Notes under the pieces: model-generated
What the model was told of the DNA's origin: nothing
Database searches by the model: none
The model's input: the letters and a program-made list of their open reading frames with translations, nothing else
Shown: positions 27,542 through 36,400 of the stretch, in pieces
How the letters are laid out: every line of letters begins with the position of its first letter
How positions within the stretch are numbered: position 1 is the first letter of the stretch
Origin: a virus
Strand: one strand, 5' to 3'
Virus record (IMG/VR): IMGVR_UViG_3300036859_000186
Location: 1 to 64,000 of that record
DNA length: 64,000 nt
Translations under genes and position numbers: made by a program

Positions 27542-29145
27542 TAGACTCTCTCCGCGATGAAGTCGCTGACGATCTGGGGAGCGGCAGAATCGAATCCAGC
27601 CACGTCCAGCGTGCGACGGTCGTCCGGGTCGGCGATGGTGAAGTTCGTCGAGGTCATACCCATGACCACTTCGCAAGCGGCCGGGACGCCCATCTTCTGG
27701 CGATACTGACGGAGGGCTTGCGACGGATGGATGGCACCGGCGTAGGTCTCGTTGTCGGTGATGATGACGAAGCCATCGACCTCAACGCGGTTTTCCATGG
27801 CCCACAGGACGGGCTGAGCGCAGTCGGTGCGGCCGAAGTTGTTGCGCTGTGCAGCTCGGCACACCTCATCGAGGCGCATCTTGGGGGTGATGCCGAGGTC
27901 CACGAAGCGGTCGCAGAACCCGAACGTGTAGTAGTCCTTCTCGACCTTGGCGGTTGCCATCGCCATAGCAGCAGCACCCTCACAGGCACTCAACGGCATG
28001 TTGGCAATTGCGGCTGTCCGCATCGAGCCAGACACGTCGATGCCGAAGACGATCCGTTTGCCGGTCGGCTTCAGAGACTTGAATGCCAGGTAGAACGCAT
28101 CATCGAGAGCGTCCACAACAGCAGGCACTGGCTTCCACGCACCATCACCCCTGACGCCGTGACCAGACGCGTAGGTCTTGAGGGCGATGAGGATCTCGAT
28201 GGGGTGGACGCGTGCCTTGTTCAGCCATTCCTTGTCACCAAGGACAGCGACAACCTTGCGCGAGGCGTCCGAGAGGGGCGCGAGAAGGCCACACTTGGAG
28301 AGGTTGCCCAGGTTGCGGATCATCGCAGTTGCAGGCATCTTCTCCAAAAGAGCAGCCCACACGTCGGGGTCCTTCAGGAATTCGGTGGGGACCATCTCTC
28401 GCGTGAGGCCGTGATTCTGGATGAGTCGGCAGAGGTCACGGGCTGACTCGGCTGACTTGGCAGCCTCAAAGCCTACGATGACCTGGGGAAGCGTGGGTCC
28501 GTCTGCCTTGTGTCCCTCGATGCCATCAACGCACCATTTGAAGATAGCGTTCCGAGCTTCATCTGAAGTCTTCGGGTGCGCCAATCTGAGGACATCCGCA
28601 TTGGACCAGCCGTCCCTCGACTGATACTTGACGACGTGTTGGGCGAGCTTTTCCGTCGGAAGGTCAAGATACCAGTTCGCCAGGGAACTCCGAAGGCCGC
28701 GCCCCAACCCACGAAATGTCGTGACGAAGGCCATGAAATGAAAGAGGTGCGTGGGGATTCGGCAGACCTTCGGGAGAGCAGCCAGTGCCAGCTTTCGAGT
28801 GGCAGGATCTGCAGCAGACGCTGCAAGAGCCAAGGCGAAAATCGCAGGATCGTTCTTCGGTGCTCGTCCTTCATCGGATACCTCCACGATGGTGCGGACC
28901 ACTCTGGCACCATCCGCTTCGATACACCGGATGGTTCGTGCCGCATTCTCCCTCGTCAGTTTCTGAGGAGACGCGTAGTAGCTCCCACCCTCACTGCCGA
29001 GGATCAGGAACCGCAGGAACGCTGCGAAGTCGTCAAGGGCATAGACGTAGCCCCCGGCGCTGTTCTGAACCTGAGCCTCACCCAGGAGTGGTGAAGTCTG
29101 AGGCTGGGCAACACGCGGCCCAATCGAGCTGAACGGTCTCTTCAT
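27541..29145 (-). CDS. rsr: Ro60/TROVE RNA-binding protein (Rsr ortholog)
   Basis: NSAGG, RFLILGSEGGSYY, KYQSRDGWS..DVLRLAHPK, vWA DVSGSM, TDCAQP, TDNET, SIA-like TIADP. Confidence 0.97.
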   Translation of the reverse strand: MKRPFSSIGPRVAQPQTSPLLGEAQVQNSAGGYVYALDDFAAFLRFLILGSEGGSYYASPQKLTRENAARTIRCIEADGARVVRTIVEVSDEGRAPKNDPAIFALALAASAADPATRKLALAALPKVCRIPTHLFHFMAFVTTFRGLGRGLRSSLANWYLDLPTEKLAQHVVKYQSRDGWSNADVLRLAHPKTSDEARNAIFKWCVDGIEGHKADGPTLPQVIVGFEAAKSAESARDLCRLIQNHGLTREMVPTEFLKDPDVWAALLEKMPATAMIRNLGNLSKCGLLAPLSDASRKVVAVLGDKEWLNKARVHPIEILIALKTYASGHGVRGDGAWKPVPAVVDALDDAFYLAFKSLKPTGKRIVFGIDVSGSMRTAAIANMPLSACEGAAAMAMATAKVEKDYYTFGFCDRFVDLGITPKMRLDEVCRAAQRNNFGRTDCAQPVLWAMENRVEVDGFVIITDNETYAGAIHPSQALRQYRQKMGVPAACEVVMGMTSTNFTIADPDDRRTLDVAGFDSAAPQIVSDFIAERV

Positions 29146-29333
29146 TGCATTGTCTCCCCTCTGTTGTGTTGAACGAGTTTCTGAGCTTGCGTTGCCGCCG
29201 CAATCATGGCCTGATCAGACAGCTCGCGCCACACCCTTGCCCATTGCGACAAGGGAGCCCGAACGTCCTTGGGCATGCCAGCGATGGCATCTTCAACCGC
29301 TCTCTTCAACTCTTGATCGGTCACGGCCCCCTC

Positions 29334-29753
29334 CTAGTCGGTCATGTCCTGGTCTACATCGAGCATCCCAGGCGCATCGCCCAGGATGAGAGTGTTTTGA
29401 TTCGTTCGCACGTCCCCATCGTTGAAGCGGATGAAGAAGTGGTCAGGATTGATTGTGCACCTGTAGTAAGTGAGTTTCGAGCCCTCAATAAGTGGAGGGT
29501 CCACCTTGATTACGTGGTGGCACGTAGGGCATGACAACTTGGCTAGACAGTTTTGCACATGACGGTGCCACGCATCGCCAAAGCGCGTTATCCCCATGGG
29601 CTGCCCAGGAACAATCGTGGGCGCATTGGCTATTGGAGTTATCCTCTGGAGGAAGTCTCTGGCCGGTTCCCGGTATGGAGGGAGGGCCAGCTGAGTAGGG
29701 CGGCGTTCCACCCTCGGCTTCCTCTGTTCCTCCTTGAAGTCGTCCATCTTCAT
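29334..29753 (-). CDS. hypothetical Zn-ribbon protein
   Basis: CPTC...C..N..H; GAGG RBS. Confidence 0.5.
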   Translation of the reverse strand: MKMDDFKEEQRKPRVERRPTQLALPPYREPARDFLQRITPIANAPTIVPGQPMGITRFGDAWHRHVQNCLAKLSCPTCHHVIKVDPPLIEGSKLTYYRCTINPDHFFIRFNDGDVRTNQNTLILGDAPGMLDVDQDMTD

Positions 29754-29961
29754 TTCTACCGCCTCTCCTCATCGACACGCAGTAGCTCTTCCTGTCGCCG
29801 TCGCCGTCTTGCGATGGGCACTAGGTATTGTCGCTCCAGTGACTCCAACGCGTTCCTTAGTTCCAGGGACGCATCTATCGCATCTTCGCGGCCTCCATTT
29901 TCTTGGGCAAGAGCATATTTGACGAAAGCAACAAGGAGTCGTTCTTGGCGCTGGTTCATGG

Positions 29962-30141
29962 TTAGCTCTCCTTTTGGCATGCGCCAACATCCCCATGAGC
30001 TGGTGTCAGGTCGGCCCCACAGTAGGGGCACAGGCCAGCCTCAACACATACTCGGATGTAGCGCTCCAGCTCACGGCGCTGACTTAGACGATCCTCTGCC
30101 TTCAGGAGGATGCGAGTATCGAGTATGGGGCTCTTCAACAT
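29962..30141 (-). CDS. small Zn-finger protein (not in ORF track)
   Basis: GAGGT RBS; MLKSPILD...CPYCG. Confidence 0.5.
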   Translation of the reverse strand: MLKSPILDTRILLKAEDRLSQRRELERYIRVCVEAGLCPYCGADLTPAHGDVGACQKES

Positions 30142-30158
30142 GAGCTACCTCAAAAGTG

Positions 30159-30225
30159 CGTCGGATAAATTTCGTAGGCAGCGGTTTTATCTTAGAAGGA
30201 TAACGCTACCAGAGCGACCCGACAC
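30159..30225 (-). ncRNA. Y-RNA-like ncRNA copy 4 (carries UCU anticodon loop)
   Basis: GTGTCGGGT-CG...GGTAGCG-TTATC-CTTCTAA-GATAA...CGCTGCC...TTT-ATCCGACGC. Confidence 0.7.
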
Positions 30226-30233
30226 GTCAAATT

Positions 30234-30338
30234 TGGTGGAGGCTTGATAGGCATATGGACAGAGCGGAGCGGTGATGAGGAGACACAATGCTCGTCAATC
30301 GTTGCTGCGTAATCTGCCGCCAACCCACAACAGCCCCC
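30234..30338 (-). ncRNA. 105-nt RNA with alanine acceptor stem and CCA end
   Basis: GGGGGCT/AGCCTCC-A-CCA: G3-U70 and A73. Confidence 0.55.
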
Positions 30339-30346
30339 ATAAATAG

Positions 30347-30447
30347 TGGAGCCAAGGACAAGTGTTTGCAGAGGGGTATTCCTGTGCGCTGCCTTTCGGC
30401 CCGCTTCTAGGTGCCAGATAACCCTCATGCGTCGGCCCTAGGCTCCA
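30347..30447 (-). ncRNA. Y-RNA-like ncRNA copy 5
   Basis: GGAGCCTAGGGC-C-GA...GAGGG-TTATC...CCCTC...CTT-GTCCTTGGCTCC; GCC-GAAA-GGC tetraloop. Confidence 0.7.
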
Positions 30448-30593
30448 AGCTTACTTCCTTGATTCTGGATACAGCACGTCGAGAACTTTCTTTTGCTCAC
30501 CCTTCGCAAGGTCGGGGAGCATGGTCAGTAGGAGCCTTTCTAGCTCCTTCACGCGTGCCTCCAGAACTTGAACGTGCTTGAAATAGTCCATGG

Positions 30594-31037
30594 CTATTCA
30601 TCCCTTATGGTCTTGTGCCAGAAGGCAACGGTGTTCTTGGTCCGCTTGTTGAAAAATTCGAACCCCTTCCACCAGCCAAACTTTTCGAGGATGTGAGCCT
30701 CAGCTGGGTTGCCAGTCATGTTGACCGTAGCAGCGAGGCTCGAATATCCGAACTCTCTGGCGATGGCTTCCTTGAAGGGCATCAGTGCTTGAGCAATACC
30801 CTGCTTTTGATGCTTCGTTTCGACCCATGTCTTGGTGCTCACGAGCACACCGCAACAGTTGACCTGCTCGACGAGGGTAAAGCCGCATGCCCGTTCGTTG
30901 TTCAGGAAGCCCGTGAACTCCAACAGGAACGGACTCTTGCGGATGCGGATCTGCACGTCGCCCCACTCGTAGAACTCCTCACTGAGGGTTCTAATAGATG
31001 CAACGGCCTTTGGCACGTCACGAATTGAGAATGGCAT
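30594..31037 (-). CDS. GNAT-family acetyltransferase
   Basis: HQKQGIA acetyl-CoA motif; N...ILEKFGW. Confidence 0.75.
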   Translation of the reverse strand: MPFSIRDVPKAVASIRTLSEEFYEWGDVQIRIRKSPFLLEFTGFLNNERACGFTLVEQVNCCGVLVSTKTWVETKHQKQGIAQALMPFKEAIAREFGYSSLAATVNMTGNPAEAHILEKFGWWKGFEFFNKRTKNTVAFWHKTIRDE

Positions 31038-31176
31038 TAGAGGGTCCTCCGCAATGCTTCGCAGACCATTTCGATCTTGGTCTGGATGTCTTCCAGATCA
31101 GCGATCTGATCTAGGGTGGCGATGCGTTCTTTCAGATCGAGGGTAAATGGAGCGTGGCGCATGGCACCATTGGGGG

Positions 31177-31251
31177 TGGCGGGACGGCGTGGACTCGAAC
31201 CACGAACCTTTCGTTTTGGAGACGAACACTCTGCCATTGAGCTACCGACCC
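31177..31251 (-). tRNA. tRNA-Trp(CCA)
   Basis: TTCGT-CTCCAAA-ACGAA; TTCGAGT; G73, CCA. Confidence 0.9.
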
Positions 31252-32054
31252 CTTTCGCAAAATGCGCGAAGTAAAATTCCCTAGATTTTGCCACCAAGAC
31301 GAACGATTTCGAGTTCGACTTCCTCAGCGGCTTTAGTTATGGCCTTTGCTACACACTGATGGCCATCTTCATCTGCTTTCGTGGCAAGGCGAGCCAAGAC
31401 ATCCCAATAGCCACTATCAGTCACGATCTTATCGAGTTCCACTTTGTGTTGGTGTCGCATGATTCTCTCGACAGTCAGGGCTATTTCTACAAGCACAATT
31501 CTTTGCAGATTGTGTGCCTCTGAGAATCCTCTGACACTCCGCGACGATGGCGTCTTCGGTTGACAACGAGTAGTGCTCCATCTCACAGCCTCCAGTGTAG
31601 ACCACGTAGAAGACCAGAGCGATGAAGACTACCCGATGCCAGTGAATCATCTACTTGACCGATCCCAGCTGAATGAGCGGCGCCGTCGAGGTGAGAAGTG
31701 ACGCGATGAACAATCCTGCCCAGAACTTCGATCTCATGACATGAGCCTCCAGAGGTAACGAAACAAGCGGACGAACCAGAAGCCTGGCGCGGCCACAGCG
31801 AGTATGACACCCGCCAACACAGCGGCATCATTGGGTCGGCTGATCAGGTAGAGCGCTTGGGTGAGCGCCAGTGATGTGAGCAGCACGAGAAGGACTTCAC
31901 GAAGGACCCGAAGGACGGACCAGTATGTCGGCATAGTGTCTCCAAACACGAAAAAGGGAGGTGACATGGATGAGTGGTTGTCCAGGGAACATTTGGAAGG
32001 TAACCCTAGAACGCCGACCCATGTCATCTCCCCAGCGGGGCACAACGGCAACTT

Positions 32055-32819
32055 CTAACGACTTGGCATGAGAATTGGATGACCCTCGTCACCAACCTCC
32101 TTGTAAAGCGCTTCTTTCAGCTGATACATAGCTCGTGCCCACAGCGCTACTGCGTCCGGTGAGGCCGCTTGCAGCACCATTGGGAATTCCCGAGCTGTCT
32201 TCTTGAAGTAGTTCTCTGCCCAACGACGGGCATCCTTCGGCTTGATTCGACAGCCCTCAGGCTTCGTGAGCATTCGAGTCATGTCGTTCAGGTTGTCGGC
32301 CCGGTCTAGAGTCTTAAGTGAGGCCGCGTCCTGATCGTTCGATATCTTCGAGTAGTAGACCACCTTCATGGCCGCTTGAAGGTCTTCGGGCGTCTCGTCC
32401 TTCCAATCCTTCGTGAGGAGCATGACAAGATCGACCGTTCGGTCTGGGAACTTTAACGCAATGAGGTCGTGCTGCATGATATAAGTGTCTTCCACCACAT
32501 CGTGGAGCAATGCTGCTGCCTGTGCTTCCTCATTGAGGCCGATGTCACGAGCCATCTCGAACACCCGAATGGGATGCACGATGTATGGGTCATCGAAGGC
32601 TTTACGCTTCTGTGAGATGTGTGCAGCCGTCGCACACTCCAGCGCTACATTGATGAGCGTATCGCCTTCAGGTTCAGCCACAGGAATCTCCGTATAGGGT
32701 GGTCGCGTCCTAATCAAGTGGTGCTTGCAGACAGGGCAGTCGCCCCAGCTGTAAGTCTCTGAATGGACGGGGTGAGCGATGGGGATTAGGCACCACTCAC
32801 ACCACAATTCATCTGCCAT
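32055..32819 (-). CDS. HD-domain (p)ppGpp hydrolase-like protein (Mesh1/SAH type)
   Basis: AH..Q.RK, PYIVHP, AALLHDVVED, DRADN. Confidence 0.85.
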   Translation of the reverse strand: MADELWCEWCLIPIAHPVHSETYSWGDCPVCKHHLIRTRPPYTEIPVAEPEGDTLINVALECATAAHISQKRKAFDDPYIVHPIRVFEMARDIGLNEEAQAAALLHDVVEDTYIMQHDLIALKFPDRTVDLVMLLTKDWKDETPEDLQAAMKVVYYSKISNDQDAASLKTLDRADNLNDMTRMLTKPEGCRIKPKDARRWAENYFKKTAREFPMVLQAASPDAVALWARAMYQLKEALYKEVGDEGHPILMPSR

Positions 32820-32872
32820 AGCACTAGTTCCTTCGAGGAACAAAAGCTTTTCGTCGAGTGAGCGCCAAGGCA

Positions 32873-33313
32873 TCAGTGCTTGATGTCGTCGCCGCTGATG
32901 TCGATGTCCACCGCTGGCAACACCTCAGCCACATCGCTCTCGACAACCTCACCATCGATCACTGGCTCGGGCTTCTGTCCAGCCTTCGGATCTTTCGGAC
33001 GAGGCCGATTGAAGTAGGTCGTCCAGATGACCTCACGGTCTTCCTTCGAGAACGTCTCGTCACCAGTTGCGGCAAGAGCGAAGGTGATGGCCGATTTACG
33101 GCCCTTTTCCTTGTTGAAGACATCCTGACGAGAGCACACCGCAGTCGCAGAGGTGATGAGGTTCGCCGTGACGAGCTTGCCGTCCTTCTGAACGGTCTCC
33201 CAGATGTCACAGATCGTCGTTCGACGCCCCGGTCGCTTTCCGCGTGGTTTCTCTTGCTGGCGTTCGAATGCCAGAGCAATCGTTCTGTTCTTTGGCAATG
33301 TGACGTGTATCAC
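32873..33313 (-). CDS. conserved phage protein
   Basis: AVCS.QD.FNKEKGR motif. Confidence 0.6.
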   Translation of the reverse strand: MIHVTLPKNRTIALAFERQQEKPRGKRPGRRTTICDIWETVQKDGKLVTANLITSATAVCSRQDVFNKEKGRKSAITFALAATGDETFSKEDREVIWTTYFNRPRPKDPKAGQKPEPVIDGEVVESDVAEVLPAVDIDISGDDIKH

Positions 33314-33361
33314 GGCTGACTCCTCCTGATAGGCGCATTTAACGCCGCGCCCTTAGCGGCT

Positions 33362-33490
33362 TGGTGGGTCGTGGTGGATTCGAACCTGCCCAGATCCCTC
33401 TCCCGTGGACATCTATCGTTACCCCACTACTGTTGCCGAGGAGGCCCCAGCAGTGACGATAGCCCAGCCGTCCCAGCTGGCTGACGACCC
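33362..33490 (-). ncRNA. tRNA-like RNA with anticodon arm replaced by long hairpin
   Basis: GGGTCGT/ACGACCC-A-CCA; D arm; GGTTCGAATCC T loop; extended CTATCG...CGATAG helix. Confidence 0.7.
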
Positions 33491-33494
33491 AAAC

Positions 33495-36400
33495 TTACTC
33501 GCCCTTATGACATAGGGTTGAGATGTATCGGCGTTCCTTCTGATGGTTGTGGGCTGGCCCTTCGCACCATGGACACCACATCCATGCGTTGACGGAGTTC
33601 TGCGACATGGGGCGTAGGACGTGCCAGATGTGACCACAGACAACCCACTTTAGGTATTGCAATGGTAGATACCAATGCAGATACAGAGCGAGTCGCTCTT
33701 GCCACGTCTTCTGACGCTTCCCAATGCAGCCACACTTAGCACAGTGGGGCACAGGGGCGTCGTGGCATTCGTCGGTGACGAGTGGGCCGCCACACTCGCA
33801 GGTTCCGATTCTATCGGTCACGGTCCTTGTCACCTTTCCAACCCCGCTTGAGCTGTTCGAGGTTGTATTTTGCCATGATGTCGTTCAATGCTCGGATGGT
33901 CATGAAAACTGCCAACTCGTTGGGTTCACCATAGTGGAGCTGGTCCCACAGCTTCTGAGACTCATCCTTGAGCAGTTCATGGGCGGGATGCTTCAACAGT
34001 GGCATTGCTTCTCTCCTTATCCCAACGCCAGACACCGTCCTCGTAGATCATGACGGTGATGCAGTCGAACTTGCACTTGTGGATGGTGCCGTTGGCCGGG
34101 GGCTCGTTCTGTGTGCTCATAAAGTCCCCAAGGGACGAGAGGCAACACCTGAAAAGCCCACCTTGAGCAATGCCGTAAGGCACGCGGCTACCCATTACCA
34201 TTCCTCATCGTTGTCGGGAAAGGCTCGGGTCTCCTTGGCATAGCGCTTGCACTTGGTGCAGAAAGCAGGCCAACAGTCCCCAGTCATGCCAAGTAACACA
34301 CGATGGCTCTCACCGTCGTCGCAGGTGCCGCTTTCCAACTCTTCGCTGGTGGTCAGGAGAGCGGGATCAGGAGGCTTCTCATCGTTGTCACAGGCTCCGG
34401 CCTCTATGACTTCGAGGGCCTCACGCATGTCATCGAGGTTCATCACCACATCACCTTTTTACAGCGCCTACATTGTGCGAACGCCTCAGAGAGGAGCACC
34501 GGCCCATGAAAGAGCGGTGGATACCACACCGGATCGTGTCCCCACACATTGCATTGGGTCATGAGGGGCATCAGCTCCCAATAGAGCAAGAGCGCAATGA
34601 ATGTGAGGACAAAGATACCGAGCAGGTCCATTAGCCCTTCCGTCGATTCTGGCGGTTGATGGCACGCTTCGACAAGATGCGGCCACGGTTGTGGCGCTTC
34701 GATGCCTGACGAGCAGCCCAGCCCACACCAGCCTTCTCAGTGCCAATGCGGTTCAGTTCCCGCTTGATTCGTTTCTCTCTTTTCCGCATGTCAGCCCCGG
34801 TCTCGCTGGTGAAGGTCGTCGGTGTATTCGACATCGTCGATCTTGAAGTTCTCCAGCACCTTCGTGAGGGCGATCTTGGCATCGACCAGTTGGGCTTGCG
34901 TCTGTTGAGCGGCCTTAATCTGGTCGTCGATCACGATGATTTGACGGTCGAGGGCCAACTGAGCATCACGAAGCTTGAGAAGGGCACTGTTGTTCATCGT
35001 AAACACGGTAGTCTCCTCCTTGAGAAAAAGGCAGCACTGATCGTCATTGGGGCACAACCTCACCCCATCCCTACAAATGAGGGTGCAGCGCAGCGTCATG
35101 AGAGGTTGAACCTCACCTTGCCGAAGTCCACGACACGGCCGAAGATGCGGCGTCTAGCGAGGGAGCCCATGCTCTCTTCCATAGCTTCGGCACAGTCGCG
35201 CAGCATGATGTATTCCTCAACGGAGACGGGCACAGATATTTGGAGGCCACGGCCGCCGTTGGCCATCTTTTGACGAACGCTCTTAACGTGGCGCTTAGTC
35301 GAGGGTAGGCCACCCAAACGCCGACGAAAGACTTCTAAGAGCATGTCCGGTCTCTGCCTCAGAAAGCCTGTCAAAATCTTCCTCTCCGTCTTCGAGCCTG
35401 AGAGCCTGTTGACGATGGTTGAGAGGCTCTGACCCTTCATCAGATCCTTCGACCTCAAGAGCCCTGAGCTTTCCAAGCTCGCGTTCGAGTTCGAAGTAGT
35501 CGTCGGGGCTGAGTTTGTCTTCTTCGCCATGCCTGAGCACGTCCTCGATGTCTGTGATACGCTGAGTGTATCGGCTAGGCACGGTCGCGTTCCTTGAGCC
35601 GGGGGGCACGAACCTTGTGGATGCGTTCGACAAGGAGCTTGTGGTTGACCTGGGGCTGAAGCTCCTCGCCGCATCGATCGACGAGGATGGCTAGTCCTTC
35701 GGGGCTGACCCTCAACTCCTTGACAATCTCGGTGCCCTTACTGACGAGGGTTTCGCCGTTGGGCAGCAGGTTTCTGTAGGTGACGGGTCGCACAATGGCG
35801 ATCACCTTTCGCATAGGGACGCCGAGCTTTGTCACTTCTTGTGTTACTTCGCAACGGAACATCACGAACTCCTTGTAGCTTCATCTCATGAAGGTGTTGC
35901 TGCTCACTATCATGCAAGAGATATGCACGATTGTGAGGATTTAAGTCTCCTTGCAGTATGAGGGCTGCAGCGTTCTTGTCTCGCACGACCTTTGGAAAGT
36001 GTGACCACATGAGAACCTTATTGGAGTGCTGGGGGTTCAGACTCTCAAACTTTAGGGACCTATCCGCCTACGAACGACTTCCACCATTGTCGAGCGAACC
36101 CAACACACGTGTCCATCGAGTGACAGCTATAATAATGGAATCCCACTCAATTACCATGGTCAGTGAGCTTCGATTCCCAAGGCAAATCCTCTCTACTCCA
36201 GCTCCCCTTGTTATCGCAAATGCTTTACCGCTAAGCTACCAGCCCCATTGCTGGGGCCGGGGTGGGTTCGAACCACCGACCTTTTGCGAACTTGGGCACG
36301 CTTCGTTCAAGAATGATTGCCCGTCCCCCCAACCTTAGCCGTGAATGAGCCATCCAATGACGAGAGATGCCTCTTCAGGGTTCATTTTCCCTTGGGCTCG

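Noticed and set aside
23257-29094. Long + strand ORFs (23257-24258, 26062-27021, 27520-28446 and others)
   Set aside because: Antisense shadows of well-supported minus-strand genes; no motifs
27541-29145. Classical rsr-rtcBA RNA repair operon
   Set aside because: No RtcB, RtcA or RtcR recognisable in this window; they may lie outside it
30234-30338. tmRNA
   Set aside because: Ends resemble tmRNA, but it is only 105 nt with no T loop, no pseudoknots and no stop-terminated tag frame
26977-30447. Anticodon loops in Y-like copies 3 and 5 (TTTGGC, CCTAGAA)
   Set aside because: Loop length or position-33 base is non-canonical, so not claimed as mimics
31037-31297. 86-aa ORF across tRNA-Trp, and similar ORFs over the 10.6-11.4 kb and 30.2-30.4 kb RNA clusters
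   Set aside because: Overlap structured RNA genes; at most the part downstream of the tRNA is coding
33362-33490. Self-splicing intron in a tRNA
   Set aside because: Insert of about 55 nt is far too short for a group I or II core
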